From the NCBI GenBank assembly GCA_039683575.1, contig JBDKRC010000087.1:1-42584 (forward strand): a stretch of 42,584 nucleotides of DNA. Direction: 5' to 3'. The DNA is from Armatimonadia bacterium. GTDB lineage: Bacteria > Armatimonadota > Zipacnadia > Zipacnadales > UBA11051. Of this stretch, positions 36,889-42,584 are shown one piece after another. The notes under the pieces were generated by a model. That model did no database searches. It saw only the letters and a list, made by a program, of their open reading frames with translations, and had not been told where the DNA came from. Position 1 is the stretch's first letter. Every line of letters starts with the position of its first letter. The translations under genes and the position numbers were made by a program.

Positions 36889-37153
36889 TGGCGGAGACCG
36901 GTGACCTGTGGTTGTTGGCGCTATTCGTGGCGTCCATCTTTTCGGGGTAAGGTAATATCTCTCCTATTGTCGAGGTTTGTACACATGCAAACACTACAGC
37001 AATACCTGAGCCGCTGGATTCCCCCATCACCCTGGACGCAATTCGTATCGTCTCCCAGCGAAGCCTTAGCCTGATAGCGGGTCTCAGGCAGGCATGGGCC
37101 GCAATCCGTCGAAGTATGATCTATCATTGTCTTTCTTCGACAGGGAGTGAATC

Positions 37154-40100
37154 ATGCCTGAAGTTGGGGCGACTCGGGCTTGCCCGCAGTGCGGGCGGAT
37201 GGTGCCGCAGAGCGATAGTTTTTGCGGCGGTTGCGGATCACGAATGGTGGCGGCGGGGGCGCAGTCGCGGACGGCGCGGGCTTCGTTGCAGGAGGTATTT
37301 GCCCACATTCGCGCCGGGGAGCAGCGGCTGGCTACCGTGCTGATGACTGACATCTCCGGTTTTACCTCGCTGGGCGAGGAGGCTGAGCCGGAGTGGCTGT
37401 TTCACCTGATCAACGAGGTGTTTGGTGAGTTGGTCGAGGTGCTGGTGGCCCATGGCGCTCATATTGACAAGTACGTGGGTGATGAGGTGGTGGCGCTGTT
37501 TGGGGTGCCCTATGCGCAGGAGAAAGCGGTGGAACGGGCGCTACGGGCTGCTTTGGCCATGCGGGAACGGCTCCGGACGCTGAACACTCGGGGGCGGTTT
37601 GCCGGCACGTGCCCTGAGATACATACGGGCATCAACGTGGGGCGGGTGATGGTTGGGCCGGTGGGGCACTGGGCGCACGCCGACTATACGGTCATCGGGG
37701 ATACGGTCAATGTCGCCAAGCGCCTCGAGGACGAGGCGCCGCCGGGTGAGATCTACGTAACGGAGGCGGTGCGGCAGGCGGTGGGGGAGGGCTTTGAGTT
37801 CGAGGCCATCGGCGACCTGTATCTGTCGGGGCGGCAGAAGACCGTGACTGGCTTCCGATTGGTGGATGCGGCCGCGGGCGAGGCGCGGAGCAGCTTCCGC
37901 TATCTGCCCTCGGTCGGACGGGACAATGAACTACGCAAGGTGAGCAAGGCTGCCGAGCACGCAGCCGCGGGCGAACAGGCTAACCTCTTTGTGCTCGGTC
38001 CCATCGGCATCGGCAAGTCGCACCTGGTGAATGAGTGGACCCGGCTGGAGGGCAACACCTTCCGGCAGGCGCGGGCGCGCTGCCACGTCTTCGGGGAGCA
38101 CTTCCCGCTGCTGCCCGTGGTGGAGCTGGCGGCGCAGCTACTGGGGCTGCGGGTGGAGTCGTGGCCGCCGAAGGTGGCGGGTGACGTTGTCGCGGCTTTG
38201 GAGCGGCTACCGGTGGACGCGGGGATTAGGGGGCGGTTGGGCGAGTTGCTTTCATATCTGGAGGAGCCACCGGCGGAGGCCGAGGAGTGGTTGGCGGGGC
38301 TGGGGGAGGCGCTGGCGGGGCTACTGGATCACGCTGCGGCGGATCAGCCGCTGTGCCTGGTGCTGGAGGATGTGCATTGGATTGACGAAATGAGCCGCGC
38401 GGTGCTTACGGAGGTGCTGGGGCAGCCGGCGCAACGTAGCCTGCTGACGCTGTTGACGTCCCGCGAGCCGCCGGACACCTGGCCGCCGGACAGCCTGCAG
38501 GCGGCGACGGTGGTGCTGTCACCGCTGCCGCGAGCGGCTATGGAGCAGCTCGTGACGGGTTGGGCCGGGGCGGTATCGATTACGCCGGAGATGATGCGGG
38601 CCGTGTGCGAGCGCGCGCAGGGGCACCCGCATTTTGCGCGCGAGCTAGTGCACGCGCTTTGCCGCCAGCCGGATTTCGATGCTCATGGCGAGTTGCGGCT
38701 GCCCAACACCTTGCAGGAGCTGTTTCTGTCGCAACTCGATGCGCTCGATCTGCCGCTGCGACAGTTGACACAGGCGGCCTCGGTGGTGGGGGAGCCGCTG
38801 TCGCATGATCTGTTGCAGGCGGCGATGAGGGAGGAGGTCGAGCTGACGCCGGGGTTGATGGGACAGGCGCTGAGCCAGGGGCTGCTGCGGATGGGGCCGG
38901 CTTCGGGGCAGTTCGTCTTTGGCCCGCCACTGCTGTTTGAGACCGCCTATGGCACCATTCCGCCGTCGGCGCGTAAGACGCTGCACGCGGCGCTGGCCGA
39001 GCATGTGGAGCAGCGCCTGGAGACGCTTGGGGCCGGGGCGGTGCATCTGGCCGCCCATCACGGCTATCTGGGCTATGGTGATGAGCGGGCGCTGCCGCTG
39101 CTGCTGCGCTCGGCGGGGCTTTACAGGGAGCAATATGCCAACCGGCAGACGGTGCGGGCAGCAGGGCGCGTGCTGGAAATTATCGGGTCGGTCGCTGAGC
39201 CGAGCCTGCACCTTGAGCAGCGGCTGGAAGCACTGCTCCTGGCGGCGCAATCGTATCAGGTGCTGGGCGATCTGGGCCACGCTGAGGGGACGGTGGCGGA
39301 GGCGGAGATTTTGGCCGAGCCCTCGGATAACGCGGAGTTGGCGGCGCGGATCAGCACGACGGCGGCTACGCTGCACTTGATGCAGGGCGACACGGCCGCG
39401 GCCATGGAGGCCTTCGCCCATGCGCAGCGGTCGTGGGAGAAGCTTGGCAACGAGGCGCGGGTAGCTCATGCGCTTTTGGGACGCGGAATGTGCGCGCGGC
39501 AACTGGGGCTGAGCGAAGAGGCGTTTCAGCTTTGCGCGGAGGCGGCGCAGCGGGGGGCTGAGGCGCTGTGGGTGAAGGCGGCAGCGCTGAACAATGCCGG
39601 GATCATTCTGATGAACGAAGGGCGCTATCGAGAGGCGGAGCCGTATCTGGTGGAGGGGCTGCGGGCCAATGAGCAGGAGGGGGACAGGCGGGGAGTGGCT
39701 CATTCGCGGGCGAGCCTGGGGGAACTGGCGTTTCGGCGCGCGCAGCTTGCGGAGGCGCAGCGGTGGTTGGAGAAGGCGCTCGAACTGGCGCTGGAGATCG
39801 AGGACGCCACCTGCAGGGCTACGGCGGGAATACTGCTGTCGCGGGTGCAGGCGCTGAGTGGGGAGCTGGAGGCAAGCGAGGCGACGCTGACCGAGCACGC
39901 GCCGGAGGCGCTTGAGGATCCGGAACTGGAGATGGCGCGCCAAGTGGCGATGTGCAACCTGGCGCTGAGCAAGTGCCTCGCGGGGCAGGGCTGCGAGCCG
40001 GCGCCGGCCTGGGAGCTGCCGCGGGGCGAGGTGGCATGTCTCAATGCGTGTGTCGAGGAGTTCTGCCTGCGGCTGGAGTTGTGTGTGGCGCAGGGCGATG

Positions 40101-40309
40101 GAGAGGCGGCGCGAGGCGTGGCTGAGGTGCTCAGGGAGCGGGCCGGGACGGCGACCGATAGTCACCTAAGAGACTATGCGGAGTGGCTGGTTACCCTGAC
40201 ACAGAAGCCGAAAGATCCCTCGCCAGCGCCTTTCGCGTCGGAGGAAGAGACAATCCTCGCGCTGCGGTCGCGACGGCTGCTGGCGCGCCTGAGTGAGGCT
40301 GCGGACTAG
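37154..40309 (+). CDS. Zinc-ribbon + class III adenylate/guanylate cyclase + STAND/AAA ATPase + TPR protein
   Basis: CPQC..CGGC; TDISGFT, KYVGD and DYTVIGDTVNVAKRLE; GPIGIGKS and LVLEDVHW; C-terminal TPR-like helices. Confidence 0.92.
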   Translation: MPEVGATRACPQCGRMVPQSDSFCGGCGSRMVAAGAQSRTARASLQEVFAHIRAGEQRLATVLMTDISGFTSLGEEAEPEWLFHLINEVFGELVEVLVAHGAHIDKYVGDEVVALFGVPYAQEKAVERALRAALAMRERLRTLNTRGRFAGTCPEIHTGINVGRVMVGPVGHWAHADYTVIGDTVNVAKRLEDEAPPGEIYVTEAVRQAVGEGFEFEAIGDLYLSGRQKTVTGFRLVDAAAGEARSSFRYLPSVGRDNELRKVSKAAEHAAAGEQANLFVLGPIGIGKSHLVNEWTRLEGNTFRQARARCHVFGEHFPLLPVVELAAQLLGLRVESWPPKVAGDVVAALERLPVDAGIRGRLGELLSYLEEPPAEAEEWLAGLGEALAGLLDHAAADQPLCLVLEDVHWIDEMSRAVLTEVLGQPAQRSLLTLLTSREPPDTWPPDSLQAATVVLSPLPRAAMEQLVTGWAGAVSITPEMMRAVCERAQGHPHFARELVHALCRQPDFDAHGELRLPNTLQELFLSQLDALDLPLRQLTQAASVVGEPLSHDLLQAAMREEVELTPGLMGQALSQGLLRMGPASGQFVFGPPLLFETAYGTIPPSARKTLHAALAEHVEQRLETLGAGAVHLAAHHGYLGYGDERALPLLLRSAGLYREQYANRQTVRAAGRVLEIIGSVAEPSLHLEQRLEALLLAAQSYQVLGDLGHAEGTVAEAEILAEPSDNAELAARISTTAATLHLMQGDTAAAMEAFAHAQRSWEKLGNEARVAHALLGRGMCARQLGLSEEAFQLCAEAAQRGAEALWVKAAALNNAGIILMNEGRYREAEPYLVEGLRANEQEGDRRGVAHSRASLGELAFRRAQLAEAQRWLEKALELALEIEDATCRATAGILLSRVQALSGELEASEATLTEHAPEALEDPELEMARQVAMCNLALSKCLAGQGCEPAPAWELPRGEVACLNACVEEFCLRLELCVAQGDGEAARGVAEVLRERAGTATDSHLRDYAEWLVTLTQKPKDPSPAPFASEEETILALRSRRLLARLSEAAD

Positions 40310-40336
40310 GACGGAAATGTCAATTGGAGGGGAATC

Positions 40337-42584
40337 ATGATGCGACTATGCTACCGAGTGTGCCAGTTGTGTCTCTCGCTATTCCTGCTGGCCATGGTGC
40401 CGCTGCAGGCGCAGGATCAGAAGCAACTGGATGGGCTGAAGGCCCTGTTTGAGAAGGACCCGGCGGCGGGGTTCGTGGAGGCGGAGAGGCTGTTTGAGAA
40501 GCCGAAGCGGGAGGGAAATCTGGAGGGGATGTTGGGGATCATTGAAATCGTGAAGGATTGGTCTGGAACCTGCTATTACATCGCGCCACTGTCACTAATG
40601 GCAACCGCCGCTCTTCCCGTCGCCACGGCAAAGGGCAATTGGTCGGCGGTGGGTGACATCAACTTCGCTAATGCCAGAGAGGCGGGGGGGAATAGTGGGC
40701 AACGAGGACCGTTCCTCGCGCAACGCGCGACCGAGGCGTATGCGCGGGCGGGTAAGGAGCCTGACAGCTTCGCGCAATTTAGGACACATCTTCTGTCAGC
40801 CGCTCCGGAGTTGCGGAGGAACGAAACTATACAAAAGGAGAACATCGCAATACTTCCCGAGCAGTTGAGAACCCGGGCGGAGGCCGTCATTGAGGCCGTG
40901 GACAGAGCCGATGACGCGGAGGCGGTGCGACTGATGCTGGGTCTGGTAGAGGCGGCCTCCGGCGAGTCCTTCCAGTACAGAACCAGGGTTGCGGCCTTCG
41001 TAGGCTTCAGGATGTGGCTGCCGGGGGTGGACGCGCTCTTGCCCACCCTGCGGCAGTGGACGATGTCGGGTGAGAAAGAGGAGCCGCTACTGTGGTCCGG
41101 GATGATGAACGGCCTGCTGAATGGGTGTGCCATGGCTTGGAGCGGCCGTCCGGACGCCTACCAACACACGTTCCTCTGGGGTCTTGAGAGGCTGAGCACC
41201 TCCGGAGCCGCCTTCTCGTACTATGGACTCACTAGCATGCCGGCGAAGTGTTTGCGATTCCGCCAACCAGAAACTGCCGACGCGATGACGCGCTTGCTGC
41301 TGGACTTGCCCAACGAGCCTCAGGAAGGCCCCCACCGCTGGCGCTTCGCCGTCCAGCTCATCCATTCGCACAGCCCACCGGGCCTGCGGCGAGTGCTGGT
41401 GGGGAAGGAATTGGAGTTTTTGGTCTGGGCGGCTGGCAACGGCATGTCACAGGAATCCTTCATAGGTTACTCGGCCATCGACAAATGGACGTTCCTGGCA
41501 ACGGCACCGGAAGAACAGCGGGCGACCTGGTACCTTGAGACCGCCTATCAGATCCTCGACTACGCCCCCAACTTCCCGACCGCCGCTTCCCGCAGTCGGG
41601 CCGCCACGGAGGCTGCTGCCTACTTCACCAAGGCTGGCCGTGCCGATCTCGCCGCGGAGGCGACCGAGCTCGCGCAGTCGTTTGCGGCGGATGATCCGAA
41701 GCTGCGGTTCCAGATCGCGCTGTCGTCTGCGCAGTCGGCGGCTTCGGCGGGGACGTGGGAGGAAGTCATTAAGGGGCTGGAGCCGGTGGTGAGTGGCGCC
41801 CCGCCGTCGGGGGCCGTCGTGCAGGGGGCGCTGCTGATCCGGCGGGCGCAGCTTGGGCTCGGCAAGACGGACGAGGCGGCAACGTGGCTGGGCAAGGCGG
41901 AGGAGATCCTGGGGCGGGCGAAGGTGCCGGCGTACGAGCGTGTTGCCTACCTCATGAATCTCGCCGAACTGACGCGGGATAAGGCTAAGAAACTGGCGCT
42001 GCTCAAGCAAGCGGACGTGGCGGCAGCCGAAGCGGGGTTGGAGCCGCTGCGGGAGAAGGTGAGCCAGCAGTTGGCGGAATTGGCGTTGGCTGCGGGGGAC
42101 CTCAACACTGCGGAGACGGCTTTCCTCGATATCATCGACCGTTTGGAGAGCAAGCGCGAGGCGCTGGCGTTTGACCGGATTTTGCGGCAGCAGTGGTTCG
42201 CTGACAACCTCCGGCCCTACCAGCGGCTGCTGCGGGTGGAGGCGATGCGCAAGGACCCGGGGATGGCGCTCTGGATCGCCGAGAAAATGCGGGCGCGGGC
42301 GCTGGCGGACCAAATGGCGTGGCAGAAAGTTGACCTGCAGGTGGCGGTGGCGCCGGAGGTTCGGGAGCGCCTCAAAGCCCTGCGCGAGATGCGTACCAAG
42401 ACCTACGGGTTGCTGCAGCGGGCGATGGGCGGAGAACGGTTAACCGGGATCGACGTGCGCGGGGCGTATATGCCAATTCGTGGCGCCTACCTGCCGATCC
42501 GCGGGCCGTTGCTCGGCGATCAGGCCCTCAGCGAAGCTGACCTGAAGGAATTGCGCGGGCTGCTGGACACGCTCGCGAAGGAGG
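40337..42584 (+). CDS. 3'-partial large exported helical/TPR protein, probably with a CHAT domain beyond the window
   Basis: Absent from the ORF track because there is no stop in the window. GGAGGGG RBS, ATG 40337, signal peptide (MMRLCY...VPLQA). The frame reads open to the window end and contains ALWIAEKMRARALADQM, typical of the segment before CHAT domains. Confidence 0.75.
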   Translation, partial: MMRLCYRVCQLCLSLFLLAMVPLQAQDQKQLDGLKALFEKDPAAGFVEAERLFEKPKREGNLEGMLGIIEIVKDWSGTCYYIAPLSLMATAALPVATAKGNWSAVGDINFANAREAGGNSGQRGPFLAQRATEAYARAGKEPDSFAQFRTHLLSAAPELRRNETIQKENIAILPEQLRTRAEAVIEAVDRADDAEAVRLMLGLVEAASGESFQYRTRVAAFVGFRMWLPGVDALLPTLRQWTMSGEKEEPLLWSGMMNGLLNGCAMAWSGRPDAYQHTFLWGLERLSTSGAAFSYYGLTSMPAKCLRFRQPETADAMTRLLLDLPNEPQEGPHRWRFAVQLIHSHSPPGLRRVLVGKELEFLVWAAGNGMSQESFIGYSAIDKWTFLATAPEEQRATWYLETAYQILDYAPNFPTAASRSRAATEAAAYFTKAGRADLAAEATELAQSFAADDPKLRFQIALSSAQSAASAGTWEEVIKGLEPVVSGAPPSGAVVQGALLIRRAQLGLGKTDEAATWLGKAEEILGRAKVPAYERVAYLMNLAELTRDKAKKLALLKQADVAAAEAGLEPLREKVSQQLAELALAAGDLNTAETAFLDIIDRLESKREALAFDRILRQQWFADNLRPYQRLLRVEAMRKDPGMALWIAEKMRARALADQMAWQKVDLQVAVAPEVRERLKALREMRTKTYGLLQRAMGGERLTGIDVRGAYMPIRGAYLPIRGPLLGDQALSEADLKELRGLLDTLAKE

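Noticed and set aside
38645-40165. Long antisense ORFs (this one; also 19984..21147, 25152..26324, 33581..34549, 4868..5665)
   Set aside because: Shadow frames opposite well-supported genes in high-GC DNA, with no recognisable motifs.

Overview
GC-rich bacterial DNA that looks like a mosaic accessory or genomic-island region, followed by what is probably host-type sequence from about 37 kb. All family calls come from motifs read by eye; no database searches were run. From left to right: (1) the C-terminal end of a probable recombinase-type HTH protein, a tyrosine recombinase, a short-repeat array, and IS21 and IS1380 remnants; (2) a minus-strand cytochrome operon: ResB/CcsB, a circularly permuted CcsA/ResC, a di-heme cytochrome c peroxidase and a Cyc2-like cytochrome-porin; (3) a general-stress and carbohydrate block (YtxH-like, GlsB/YeaQ, NRAMP, VIT1/CCC1, KatE, PRC/BON, Pgm, GlgP) with IS3 remnants; (4) a broken Avs3-like nuclease-STAND defence gene; (5) a 14-kb ArsR-associated metal(loid)/thiol-redox cluster: a CSC-type P1B ATPase, an HdrA-N-like protein, a ferredoxin, a DGC-GcvH fusion, three more DGC proteins, several thioredoxins including a secreted Trx-NosL-MerB-like fusion, CcdA, a frameshifted ArsM, an FmdE-family protein and a split ChrA; (6) an adenylate cyclase-STAND-TPR gene and a long secreted TPR protein, probably CHAT-type, that runs off the window. 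The best candidates for undescribed biology are the DGC/GcvH/HdrA-like module, the permuted CcsA with the Cyc2-like operon, and the Trx-NosL-MerB fusion.
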